Assembly: GCA_964543485.1 (NCBI GenBank) | Contig: CAZIYI010000001.1 | Location: 1 to 53,009, forward strand | Length of the DNA: 53,009 nucleotides | Direction of reading: 5' to 3' | Origin: an uncultured Candidatus Saccharibacteria bacterium | Lineage (GTDB): Bacteria > Patescibacteriota > Dojkabacteria > SC72 | Part shown: positions 29,630 to 38,828 of the stretch, in pieces | Numbering within the stretch: position 1 is the first letter of the stretch | How the letters are laid out: every line of letters begins with the position of its first letter | The notes under the pieces: generated by a model | What the model was told of the DNA's origin: nothing | Database searches by the model: none | The model's input: only the letters and a program-made list of their open reading frames with translations | Made by a program: the position numbers and the translations under genes

Positions 29630-30383
29630 TTGTTTTAATCAGTAATAATAAAAAAAATTTAATGTAAGCTATAATTTTATATAAAAAAAAGTCTAGTCTC
29701 CCATATCTATTCATAATCACCTTAGAAGTATCATCATACGATTTCCTCACATTTGAACTAACCCCACCCCCATCATAATTACATATAATTAAATCTATTC
29801 TCTTAATAATATGGGTACCTTCAAAAACCTTACATAATAGATCAAAATCTGCCGCTATCTTATATCTCTCATCTAAACCACCAACTTTATCAAATATTTC
29901 CTTCTTCATAAATACTGCTTGTTGACTAACCTTGTTTCCTAACTTTAAATTAAATTTTGTTAAAGCTTTACCCTTAATATAACTTTTATTATTTCTCTTA
30001 TTAACCACTTTAATCCTACCATATATTAAATCCTGATTATTATCTATCTCATTATCAACATCATCTAATGTATTATCATCAACAAAAGTATCCCCTGCAT
30101 TTAAAAAATATAGATAATCCCCCTGTGCTACTCTTGCCCCCTTATTCATAGCATTGTATATCCCCTCATCTTTTTTAGACACCCAATATGTAATATCTTT
30201 TTCTCTACTCTTTAATAACTCCTTAGTTCCATCATTTGAATCACCGTCAATTACAATATATTCATAATTCCTATATGTTTGATTACAAACACTATCTAGC
30301 GTTTTCTCTAAATCGTTTTTACAGTTATACGATACTGTTATTATTGAAAATTTCGGTTTATTATTCATAATAGTGTTTATCAA
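29616..30383 (-). CDS. glycosyltransferase family 2
   Basis: 255-aa ORF with FSIITVSYNCKNDLEKTLDSVCNQTY..YEYIVIDGDSNDGT. Confidence 0.85.
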   Translation of the reverse strand: MINTIMNNKPKFSIITVSYNCKNDLEKTLDSVCNQTYRNYEYIVIDGDSNDGTKELLKSREKDITYWVSKKDEGIYNAMNKGARVAQGDYLYFLNAGDTFVDDNTLDDVDNEIDNNQDLIYGRIKVVNKRNNKSYIKGKALTKFNLKLGNKVSQQAVFMKKEIFDKVGGLDERYKIAADFDLLCKVFEGTHIIKRIDLIICNYDGGGVSSNVRKSYDDTSKVIMNRYGRLDFFLYKIIAYIKFFLLLLIKTNDYK

Positions 30384-31449
30384 AATATTCTTGACTCCAT
30401 ATCTTTAATATCTCATCTTGTGTCTCATCTATTCCTTTCTTAAGTGACTGTCCATTTAACTTACCACTATCAATATCCTTAAGTATTTCTTCTAATTCTG
30501 CCTCATTTGAATACAACACACTGTTATACCGATCTTTAAGTACCTCTGTGTTGGCAGATATATTTGTAGCTAATGAAGGTCTACTCAACATAATATGATG
30601 AATCATTTTTAGTCCGGGTTGATCTCCAGATATACGTGGTATGAGACAAAACTCTGCATTACTTAGTATATAGTTGGATTCTTTAATATCTAATACTCCT
30701 GTAAAATATACACTGTCTTCTAAGTTCAACTCTTTAACTAAATCTTTAATCTCCTTAGTTGGTTCTCCAATTAAAACCAAATCAAAAGATGGTAGTATCT
30801 TTGAATACACTTTAACGAACTCTTCAACTCCCTGGTATTTTTTAAAATTTCCACTATACGCTAAATATTTTTTCTTTGTGGGAATCTCTGTTTCCTTTAA
30901 CTCAATATCTGATTCATCATACAAAAGGAATGTTTTTTTAGCACCTATTTTGGTATATATCTTCCAGTTAGCAATTATTAAATCATATCTTGAATAAACA
31001 AATGTCGACATAAAAGAAAATATTCTAATCAATATCTTTGGTTTATTCGTAATCTTCAAGTTATCAACTATTGTATTATGTAAATCATATACATATCTAG
31101 GTTTCTTAAAAAAAAGAGAAAGAAGTGAACCAATAAAGCCCGCCTCAAAGTCTTCACAATGAACTATGTCATATTTATTTTTCCTTACCAAAGAGAATGC
31201 CTTAAACAAAACCTGTAAATCAAGTTTTAATTTCTTTAAACTAATTTCACTTACACCTAAATTCAAATCTTTATTGCTATTTACTCTAATGATATTTACA
31301 TTGTCATATCTAGGGTTCTCTCCAACAGGATATACAAGTAAGTCAATATGATTATTCTTAGCTAACTTTTTTAATACAGAATCTACCCTTAAAGAGGAGC
31401 CCTTAGGAATTAGATATGGAGTTGTAACAATATCAAGTACTCTTTTCAT
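30361..31449 (-). CDS. glycosyltransferase family 4-like
   Basis: 362-aa ORF with GT-B architecture. The N-terminal half has HCEDFEAGFIG; the C-terminal half resembles GT4 but is degenerate. Confidence 0.65.
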   Translation of the reverse strand: MKRVLDIVTTPYLIPKGSSLRVDSVLKKLAKNNHIDLLVYPVGENPRYDNVNIIRVNSNKDLNLGVSEISLKKLKLDLQVLFKAFSLVRKNKYDIVHCEDFEAGFIGSLLSLFFKKPRYVYDLHNTIVDNLKITNKPKILIRIFSFMSTFVYSRYDLIIANWKIYTKIGAKKTFLLYDESDIELKETEIPTKKKYLAYSGNFKKYQGVEEFVKVYSKILPSFDLVLIGEPTKEIKDLVKELNLEDSVYFTGVLDIKESNYILSNAEFCLIPRISGDQPGLKMIHHIMLSRPSLATNISANTEVLKDRYNSVLYSNEAELEEILKDIDSGKLNGQSLKKGIDETQDEILKIWSQEYFDKHYYE

Positions 31450-31458
31450 TCGAAATAT

Positions 31459-32415
31459 TTACATTTTATAATACCCCTTATACCACTCTACAAACTTCTT
31501 AATACCTTCATCTAACGTAATCTTAGGTTCATATTTTAACATTTTCTTTGCTTTACTTGTATCAGAATATGTTATCAATACATCCCCCTTTTGCATAGGT
31601 AGAAGTTTTTTGGTTGCCTTAACACCCATATATTTTTCTAATGTCTCTATCATATACCCTAACTCATCTGGACTACCCTTACCTAGATTAAATATTTCAC
31701 TTTCATATTCACAATCAATTGCCTTAATTACACCATCAACAATATCATCAATGTATGTGTAGTCTCTTTTCATATTCTTGCCATAGTTAAATACTGGAAT
31801 CTCTTCTCCCTTTTTCATCTGATCAGCAAATTTAAATATTGCCATATCAGGTCTACCCCATGGCCCATATACTGTAAAAAATCTTAAACCAATTGTATTT
31901 AATTTAAACAAATGATGATATGTATACGCTATTAACTCATTAGATCTCTTACTAGCAGCATAAAGGGATATCGGTTTACTTACATCTTCTGTTTCTACAA
32001 AGGGTATTTTAGATGTATCTCCATATACACTACTAGATGATGCGTATATGAAATATTTAATACCTTTATCTTTAGTTAAGTTAATCATATTAACAAAACC
32101 AACCATATTACTATCAGCATATACATATGGATTATCTATTGAATATCTAACACCTGCTTGTGCAGCTAAGTGACATACCCTGTCTATTTCATTTTCTTTA
32201 AATATCTTCTCTAAATCTTTTAAATTAGAAATATCTATTCTATACAATTTATATTTAGGATATTTCTCTAACTCTTTATTCCTATCCTCTTTTAAAGACA
32301 CATCATAGTAATCATTGAAGTTATCAACCCCTATTACTGTATCACCTCTTTCAAGAAAATATTTTGCTGTAGCATGCCCTATGAAACCCGCTGTACCTGT
32401 TAATAGAATATTCAT
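31459..32415 (-). CDS. NAD-dependent UDP-glucuronate 4-epimerase (SDR family)
   Basis: 318-aa ORF with GTAGFIGHA, AAQAGVRYS, SSSSVYG, YAASKRSNE (YxxxK) and RFFTVYGPWGRPDMA, all characteristic of the UDP-GlcA 4-epimerase clade. Confidence 0.8.
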   Translation of the reverse strand: MNILLTGTAGFIGHATAKYFLERGDTVIGVDNFNDYYDVSLKEDRNKELEKYPKYKLYRIDISNLKDLEKIFKENEIDRVCHLAAQAGVRYSIDNPYVYADSNMVGFVNMINLTKDKGIKYFIYASSSSVYGDTSKIPFVETEDVSKPISLYAASKRSNELIAYTYHHLFKLNTIGLRFFTVYGPWGRPDMAIFKFADQMKKGEEIPVFNYGKNMKRDYTYIDDIVDGVIKAIDCEYESEIFNLGKGSPDELGYMIETLEKYMGVKATKKLLPMQKGDVLITYSDTSKAKKMLKYEPKITLDEGIKKFVEWYKGYYKM

Positions 32416-32426
32416 GTTTGATTAGT

Positions 32427-33482
32427 TTAAAAGTAAACTTCTTTATCTTTTTTAAGTTTATCTCTATCGTTTTTTACCATAATATCAACTAACTGATTTA
32501 AATCGGTTTTAGGCTGCCACCCTAACTCTTTCTTCGCTTTAGAAGGATCCCCCAAAAGCAAATCAACCTCTGTTGGTCTAAAATACCTTGGATTTATTCT
32601 AACCAATACTTTCCCACTCTTTTTATCCTTACCAACCTCTTTTACTCCTTCACCTTCCCATACAATTGAGTATTCTAATTTTTTTGCTACTAACTCTACA
32701 AATTCCCTTACAGTATGAGTTTCACCTGTTGCAATTACATAATCCTCGGGTTTCTCTTGTTGCAACATTAACCACATTGCTTCTACATAGTCCTTTGCAT
32801 ATCCCCAATCTCTCTTTGAATCAATGTTACCTAGTTCTAATACATCCTGCATACCTAATTTTATTTTACACAGTGCAGTAACAATCTTTCTTGTTACAAA
32901 GTTATGCCCCCTTCTTTCTGATTCATGATTAAACAAAATTCCGTTACAAGCAAAGAGATTGTATGCTTCTCTATAATTTTTAATAATCCAAAAACCATAC
33001 AATTTTGCAACACCATATGGACTACGGGGATAAAAAGGAGTTGTCTCTGATTGAGGGGTTTCAATAACTTTACCGTATAGCTCTGAGGTTGATGCTTGAT
33101 ACAATTTCGTTTTCTTTTCTAAACCTAATAAACGTATTGCTTCAAGTATTCTCAACGTTCCTAATGCATCTATATTTGCAGTAAATTCAGGCAATTCAAA
33201 AGATATCTGTACATGACTCTGGGCGGCCAGGTTATATATCTCGTCTGGTTTAATTTCATTTATTAAACGAACTAAGCTCATCCCATCAGTTAAATCTCCA
33301 TAATGAAGAAACATCTTCTTGTCCAATATTTCAGGATTATTATACAAATGATTAATTCTCCATGTATTAACAGTACTAGATCTTCTAATTATCCCATGTA
33401 CTTCATACCCTTTTTCTAAGAGTAGTTCAGTAAGGAAAGAACCATCTTGACCAGTTATACCTGTAATTAATGCTTTCTTCAT
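32427..33482 (-). CDS. gmd: GDP-mannose 4,6-dehydratase
   Basis: 351-aa ORF with [49 protein letters not shown] and FNHESERRG. Confidence 0.92.
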   Translation of the reverse strand: MKKALITGITGQDGSFLTELLLEKGYEVHGIIRRSSTVNTWRINHLYNNPEILDKKMFLHYGDLTDGMSLVRLINEIKPDEIYNLAAQSHVQISFELPEFTANIDALGTLRILEAIRLLGLEKKTKLYQASTSELYGKVIETPQSETTPFYPRSPYGVAKLYGFWIIKNYREAYNLFACNGILFNHESERRGHNFVTRKIVTALCKIKLGMQDVLELGNIDSKRDWGYAKDYVEAMWLMLQQEKPEDYVIATGETHTVREFVELVAKKLEYSIVWEGEGVKEVGKDKKSGKVLVRINPRYFRPTEVDLLLGDPSKAKKELGWQPKTDLNQLVDIMVKNDRDKLKKDKEVYF

Positions 33483-33498
33483 TTTTAAGATTATTAAT

Positions 33499-34143
33499 TT
33501 ATTTTTTCTTTAATACAAAATAATGATGATATCTATTAAGAGGATTCTGAAAATCTTTCTCTAATATGAAATACTCTTTTAGCTTTTTCCTGATTTTTGA
33601 CAATGGATAATCTTTAGAACCTATCTCCCAGTAATGTTCTCCTCTCCATTTAACATTTCCATAAAACCTAGGAATTACAAAACCGAAATTAAAATAATCT
33701 TTTTTAAATACCCTCTTTATATATGGAAAAGTTAAATTAATATTAAAACTCCACCCAGACCAAGGCATAGCAACTAAGACATACTTTTTTGATACCCTTT
33801 TCAATTCTTCAAGTGCTTTATCAACATTACTCCAAGGGATATGTTCAAGAACCTCACATGCCATAACTAAATCAAATGATTTATTTTTAATCATTTTCAT
33901 ATCACGCATATCTCCAACGATATTTGGCTTTAATTCTTTATCAAAATCAAATGTTGTAACCCCAATTCCCATTTCCTTCAAGTAATTGGAAACAGTTTTA
34001 TTTCCGACCCCTATCTCTAAGATATTTTTTGGTTTTAAGTTTAGAGCACTTTCAATTTGGTAATAATATGAAGAGAATCTAGACAAGCTATCATATCCAT
34101 TATAGTAATGATTCCTTTCAACCTGTATTGAATATTTTTTCAT
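33499..34143 (-). CDS. class I SAM-dependent methyltransferase
   Basis: 214-aa ORF with motif I ([12 protein letters not shown]), the acidic residue in TTFDFD, and [14 protein letters not shown]. Confidence 0.7.
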   Translation of the reverse strand: MKKYSIQVERNHYYNGYDSLSRFSSYYYQIESALNLKPKNILEIGVGNKTVSNYLKEMGIGVTTFDFDKELKPNIVGDMRDMKMIKNKSFDLVMACEVLEHIPWSNVDKALEELKRVSKKYVLVAMPWSGWSFNINLTFPYIKRVFKKDYFNFGFVIPRFYGNVKWRGEHYWEIGSKDYPLSKIRKKLKEYFILEKDFQNPLNRYHHYFVLKKK

Positions 34144-34146
34144 TTT

Positions 34147-35532
34147 TTATGCCCCTAAGTTTTCAAATTTAAATATCTTACTCATCTCTTTAATATCTAA
34201 GTAATTTCTAGCATCTAACATTCTGTTCTCTTTCATAAAAGTGGAAAGATATTTAAAATCTAACTCCTTAAACTCAGGCCAATCAGTAGCCACTACTACC
34301 ATCTCGCTATCCTTAAACACATCTTCTATACTCTCTGAATACACTAGACCTTTCTCTTCTGGAAACTCTATTCTTGCTTCCTCTATTGCTTGAGGATCAT
34401 GACCAACAACTGTATAGCCATCCTTTACTAATGCTTTACATAATCTCCCAGCAGGAGATACCCTCATATCACTAGTACCTGGTTTAAATGAAAGACCAAG
34501 AACTCCTACCTTTCCTTTTTTAGGTGTACCCATATCTTTAACCTTCTGTATTACAAAATCTATTTGTTCTGTATTAACCTGCATTACTGCTTTAAACAGT
34601 GTAGCATCAACATTGTGTTCCTCTAAAGACCTAATTAAACCCTTAACATCTTTTGGAAAACAACCACCACCAAAGCCAATACCTGCATAAAGAAATGATC
34701 TGTTTATTCTTCTATCCATACCTACACCATCCATAACCTCTGTAATATTTGCATCTACCTTATCACATATTCTCGCTATATTGTTTGCATATGATATCTT
34801 CATAGCTAACATCGTATTAGAGCATACTTTAATAAGTTCTGCACTCTCTAATTTAGTACTCATACACTTCTTTTCGAAATCTACCTCACTATGGTTATTA
34901 GTATACATATTGTTATTAGCATACATACTAATCTCTGGATTCTTACTGATAATATCCTCAGAGAGAAACTCAATCTTTTCAAATATCTTAAATATCTTTT
35001 TCTTTGCTTCTTCATCCTCTCCACCAATTACAATCCTATCTTGCACAATTGAATCTAATACAGCAGCCCCCTCTCTAAGAAATTCCGGAGACGAAAGGTA
35101 TGTGTATTTAAGTTTAGGATTTACTTTCTTAATTCTTTTCATTGCTTCCCTACCAGTACCTACAGGAACAGTACTTCTTTGTACAAATATGACACCATCC
35201 TTAACATACTTAGCTGCCTGTTCTACTGCACTGTAAATATATGTTAAATCAAATCCACCATCAGGACCACTAGGAGTTCCTACAGAAAGAAATACTACAT
35301 CTACATCTGACAGACCTTCTTTGTAATCAAGAGTAGGTATTAAATTACAACTCTCTATTCCGTATTTAACTAAGGTGTCTAAGCCCAATTCATAGAAATG
35401 GGATTTCCCTGTTTTAATGATATCTATTTTCTTTTTATCAACATCTATACAGTATGTTTTGTATCCTACTCTGGCAAGTAGTGCTGATAGTGTAAGACCT
35501 ACATATCCTGTTCCAATGATAGCTATTTTCAT
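34147..35532 (-). CDS. ugd: UDP-glucose 6-dehydrogenase family nucleotide-sugar dehydrogenase
   Basis: 461-aa ORF with N-terminal MKIAIIGTGYVGL and the catalytic Cys motif GFGGGCFPKDV. Its position next to the UDP-GlcA epimerase supports UDP-Glc as substrate. Confidence 0.82.
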   Translation of the reverse strand: MKIAIIGTGYVGLTLSALLARVGYKTYCIDVDKKKIDIIKTGKSHFYELGLDTLVKYGIESCNLIPTLDYKEGLSDVDVVFLSVGTPSGPDGGFDLTYIYSAVEQAAKYVKDGVIFVQRSTVPVGTGREAMKRIKKVNPKLKYTYLSSPEFLREGAAVLDSIVQDRIVIGGEDEEAKKKIFKIFEKIEFLSEDIISKNPEISMYANNNMYTNNHSEVDFEKKCMSTKLESAELIKVCSNTMLAMKISYANNIARICDKVDANITEVMDGVGMDRRINRSFLYAGIGFGGGCFPKDVKGLIRSLEEHNVDATLFKAVMQVNTEQIDFVIQKVKDMGTPKKGKVGVLGLSFKPGTSDMRVSPAGRLCKALVKDGYTVVGHDPQAIEEARIEFPEEKGLVYSESIEDVFKDSEMVVVATDWPEFKELDFKYLSTFMKENRMLDARNYLDIKEMSKIFKFENLGA

Positions 35533-35595
35533 AGAACATGTTTTTCTCTAAGTTAGTTCCTAGAGTATATACATTTGGGATAGTAGTTTCAATTT

Positions 35596-35624
35596 TTGTG
35601 AAAATATTAAAAATATGGTAAAAA
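35596..35624 (+). promoter_or_regulatory. sigma70-like promoter candidate for the GT2 gene at 35654
   Basis: TTGTGA (35596-35601), a 17-nt spacer ending in TGG (extended -10 TG), then TAAAAT (35619-35624). It lies about 30 nt upstream of the ATG. Confidence 0.4.
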
Positions 35625-35653
35625 TACAGTAATTAATTAAAAACTTTGTATCT

Positions 35654-36604
35654 ATGATTACTAAACCAAAGTTATCAATTGTAATTCCTGTATACAATGA
35701 AGAAGAGAATATTCCTGAGCTAAATAAAAAGATTAAGAAGGAGTTGAATAGAGTATTTGAATATGAAGTAATATGGGTAAATGATGGCTCAAAGGATGGA
35801 ACAAAGGAAGAGATAAAGAAGATATGTTTGGAAGATACAAACTCACACGGTATTACATTGATGAGTAGAACAGGTCAAAGTGGTGCACTTATGGCTGGAA
35901 TAGATAGGGCAAATGGACAGTATATTGCTACTATAGATGGAGACAACCAAAATGATCCTGTAGATTTTGTAAAAATGGTTAAAAAACTAGAAAAAGATGA
36001 TTTAGATGCAGTTATCGGATGGAGAAAGAACAGATGGAATGGAAACATATTAAGAAGATTACCATCTTTGTTTGCAAACAAACTAATGAAAATTGCATTT
36101 GGGGACTTAGGAATACATGATACGGGGTGTATGGTAAAGGTTGTTAAATCAGCAATTATCAAAGACATTCGTCTGTATGGAGAGCTACACAGATTTATGT
36201 CTTACCTACTTGGTATGTATGGAGCAAAGATAGGAGAAGTGGAGGTATATCACCAGAAAAGGTCACATGGTAAAAGTAAATACGGCATTGGAAGAACCCT
36301 AACAGTAATATTTGATATCCTAAATGTTAAGTTTTTAACAATGAGAAGAAAGACCCCTATCCAATTTATGGGGCCATTAGCATTGATAACATATGTATTA
36401 AGCTTTGTAAGTTTAGTTATAGCGGTATTTGATAAAGTATTGAATAAAGCAGATTTAACTGAAAACCCATTACTCCTAATAGCTGTATTTGGATTGATAA
36501 TGGGAACCCAATTCTTCTCTTTCGGTTTACTAGGTGAACTTATACTACGTTCATACCATGAGAATGGAGATAGAAAAACCTATGCAATAAGGGAAGAGTA
36601 TTAG
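35654..36604 (+). CDS. polyprenyl-phosphate glycosyltransferase (GT2, Dpm1/GtrB/ArnC-like) with C-terminal TM helices
   Basis: 316-aa ORF with LSIVIPVYNEEENI, VIWVNDGSKDGT and DGDNQNDP, plus two C-terminal TM helices as in GtrB/ArnC. Confidence 0.85.
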   Translation: MITKPKLSIVIPVYNEEENIPELNKKIKKELNRVFEYEVIWVNDGSKDGTKEEIKKICLEDTNSHGITLMSRTGQSGALMAGIDRANGQYIATIDGDNQNDPVDFVKMVKKLEKDDLDAVIGWRKNRWNGNILRRLPSLFANKLMKIAFGDLGIHDTGCMVKVVKSAIIKDIRLYGELHRFMSYLLGMYGAKIGEVEVYHQKRSHGKSKYGIGRTLTVIFDILNVKFLTMRRKTPIQFMGPLALITYVLSFVSLVIAVFDKVLNKADLTENPLLLIAVFGLIMGTQFFSFGLLGELILRSYHENGDRKTYAIREEY

Positions 36605-37563
36605 TTATCGTATTTCTGCTTCTTTAATTCATAAAGTATTCTCTCTTGGTTTACCCTTACTCTGTTAAACATACCCGCTAATAGACCAACAATAAAAAGT
36701 AGTAATCCGAATATTAAGAATCCAAAACCAGTAAATCCAACAAATTTGTATGGAGTAAAACTTCCTTCGATCAAGAAATACATTCCTAACCCAATTTCTA
36801 ATATTAAACCAATTAAAAAAAATACTCCCCCAATCCCACCAAAGAAAGTCATAGGTTTGTAATCACGAAGAGTTTTAACAATAATTTCAGATGTTCTAAG
36901 TGCATACTTAATTATACTTCCTGCTACTCTAGACTTTCTATTTTTAAAATACACTACATCAACAGGATACTCCACAACTCTTAATCCTTTATATACCATA
37001 TCCAATATCGTCTCTTGTGTATATGTGAATGATCCAAAAAGATTTAATCTCATTAGTGCCTCTCTACTGTAAGCCCTAAAACCACAAGACACATCTCTAA
37101 ACTTCTGCCCACTTATCAAAGATATCAACTTAGACATCTGTTCATTTCCCCAATACTTGCTTTTGGGCATATTCTCTGGCATTCCCTCGTTAAACCGGTT
37201 ACCAGTAACCATATCTGCATTATTTTTTAATATGGGTTGAATAATTTCGGATATCTGTTTACTGTTAAACTGTCTATCGGCATCAATACTAACTAGAATA
37301 TCCCCCCTTGTCTCTAATGCATACTGTAATGCACTTTGGAAAGCACTTCCAACACCTTTGTTGATCCCATGACTTACTACATTCGCACCACTTTGTTTAG
37401 CAATCTTTGCAGTATTATCTGTACTTCCATCATCCACAACTAACACATCAATCTCATCTATTCCATCAATTTTTTTAGGTAACTCCTTAATCACAATCTC
37501 AATACCGTCTTCCTCATTTAATGCAGGCATATATATTATTAATTTCATGTTCCCTATATTCAA
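36601..37563 (-). CDS. polyprenyl-phosphate glycosyltransferase (GT2, Dpm1-like) with C-terminal TM helices
   Basis: 320-aa ORF with IIYMPALNEEDGI, VLVVDDGSTDNT and SIDADRQ, plus two C-terminal TM helices. Confidence 0.85.
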   Translation of the reverse strand: MNIGNMKLIIYMPALNEEDGIEIVIKELPKKIDGIDEIDVLVVDDGSTDNTAKIAKQSGANVVSHGINKGVGSAFQSALQYALETRGDILVSIDADRQFNSKQISEIIQPILKNNADMVTGNRFNEGMPENMPKSKYWGNEQMSKLISLISGQKFRDVSCGFRAYSREALMRLNLFGSFTYTQETILDMVYKGLRVVEYPVDVVYFKNRKSRVAGSIIKYALRTSEIIVKTLRDYKPMTFFGGIGGVFFLIGLILEIGLGMYFLIEGSFTPYKFVGFTGFGFLIFGLLLFIVGLLAGMFNRVRVNQERILYELKKQKYDN

Positions 37564-37652
37564 TTTATACTCTCTAATTATACTAATTACTGAGTATAAA
37601 AACTATTCAAATATGTGATATATTAGTATATATAACTTAAGGATAAAGAATA

Positions 37653-38768
37653 ATGTTGAAATTAAGATATATTCTGTTTTCATTCCTGTTGCTACCATTT
37701 CTTTTCATTTCCTCTATTCATGCAGCAAAAATAGAGATGGGCGATTACACATTGGATAAAGAATCCATTGTAGAGGACGATCTGTATGTCTCAGGAAAAA
37801 ATATTAAAATAAATGGTGTTGTTGATGGAGATTTAATAGTATTTGGAAACAATATTTTGGTTGATGGAACTGTAACTGGAGATCTATATCTATTCGGTTC
37901 TACAGTATCTGTATCAGGAAACATATATGGAAGCTCTGTTTTGGCAGGGTCTACCATTAAAGTTCAAGGCACTTATGGAGGAAATATCTTCTTTGCATCT
38001 ATGATGACAGATATTGATGCCAGTATATCAAAAGATGTAATGGGAGCTACGGGTACCCTAAATATGGCTGGAGCTATATCCGATGATGTTAGGATTGTAT
38101 CAGGACAAATTATTTCAACTGCGACAGTAGGGGGTGATTTTTTAATTGAAACCGAAAACTACACAATAGATGATAATGATATTACAGGACAACTTATACT
38201 CGGTACACACGAACTATGGCCAGAAAAGAAAGAGCAAGAATTAGAAGTATCCGTTAACGACTTTTTAGGATTTAATGTTGGGTTAACTGTAGCTCTATTT
38301 CTAGGTATGTATATAGTTGGTGTCTTGATAATAATGGCAGCACCAGTTAAAACATTAAAAATTGAGAGTAAAATAATACCCTCTTGGTCAGAATTACTTA
38401 AGAGTTTTGCTGTTGGGATAGTAATTCTATTTACAATGGGCTTACCATTATTCTTTTTAATATTAACCTTAGTAGGAATACCTCTTGCATTTCTACTAAT
38501 TGGAATTTTACTTTTCTTGGGTATTTTTGGAACGATATGGACAGAATCAGCTTTGGGACAAAAAATACTTCAATTATCTAAACAGAAAGATAATGGAAGA
38601 TTAGTATCTTTACTTATTGGGAGATTGATATCCTCTATTGTAGGATTGATCCCTTTCTTTAGTACAATCTATAGAATATCCCTTATCGCAACTACTATTG
38701 GTGCAGTCGTAAGAACCAAATACGATTCTTTTAGCTACTCTAGAAGAGAAGTTAAAAAGAAGAAATAG
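37653..38768 (+). CDS. exported membrane protein with bactofilin-like (polymer-forming, beta-helical) repeats
   Basis: 371-aa ORF with a signal-like N-terminus. About 150 aa carry the repeats G-x-V-x-G-D-L (VSGKNIKINGVVDGDLIVFGNNILVDGTVTGDLYLFGSTVSVSGNIYG), followed by about 4 C-terminal TM helices. An AAGGA Shine-Dalgarno sequence precedes the ATG. Confidence 0.5.
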   Translation: MLKLRYILFSFLLLPFLFISSIHAAKIEMGDYTLDKESIVEDDLYVSGKNIKINGVVDGDLIVFGNNILVDGTVTGDLYLFGSTVSVSGNIYGSSVLAGSTIKVQGTYGGNIFFASMMTDIDASISKDVMGATGTLNMAGAISDDVRIVSGQIISTATVGGDFLIETENYTIDDNDITGQLILGTHELWPEKKEQELEVSVNDFLGFNVGLTVALFLGMYIVGVLIIMAAPVKTLKIESKIIPSWSELLKSFAVGIVILFTMGLPLFFLILTLVGIPLAFLLIGILLFLGIFGTIWTESALGQKILQLSKQKDNGRLVSLLIGRLISSIVGLIPFFSTIYRISLIATTIGAVVRTKYDSFSYSRREVKKKK

Positions 38769-38781
38769 ATATATATAAAAG

Positions 38782-38804
38782 GAAAGGGAGCTAAGCTCCC
38801 TTTC
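38782..38804. terminator. intrinsic terminator hairpin between convergent genes
   Basis: A perfect 10-bp stem, GAAAGGGAGC (38782-38791) with GCTCCCTTTC (38795-38804), and a 3-nt loop. A U-rich run follows on the minus strand (downstream of the DsbA-like gene). The U-tract on the plus strand is weak. Confidence 0.65.
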
Positions 38805-38828
38805 TTAAACTCAAAAGCATTGTACAAC

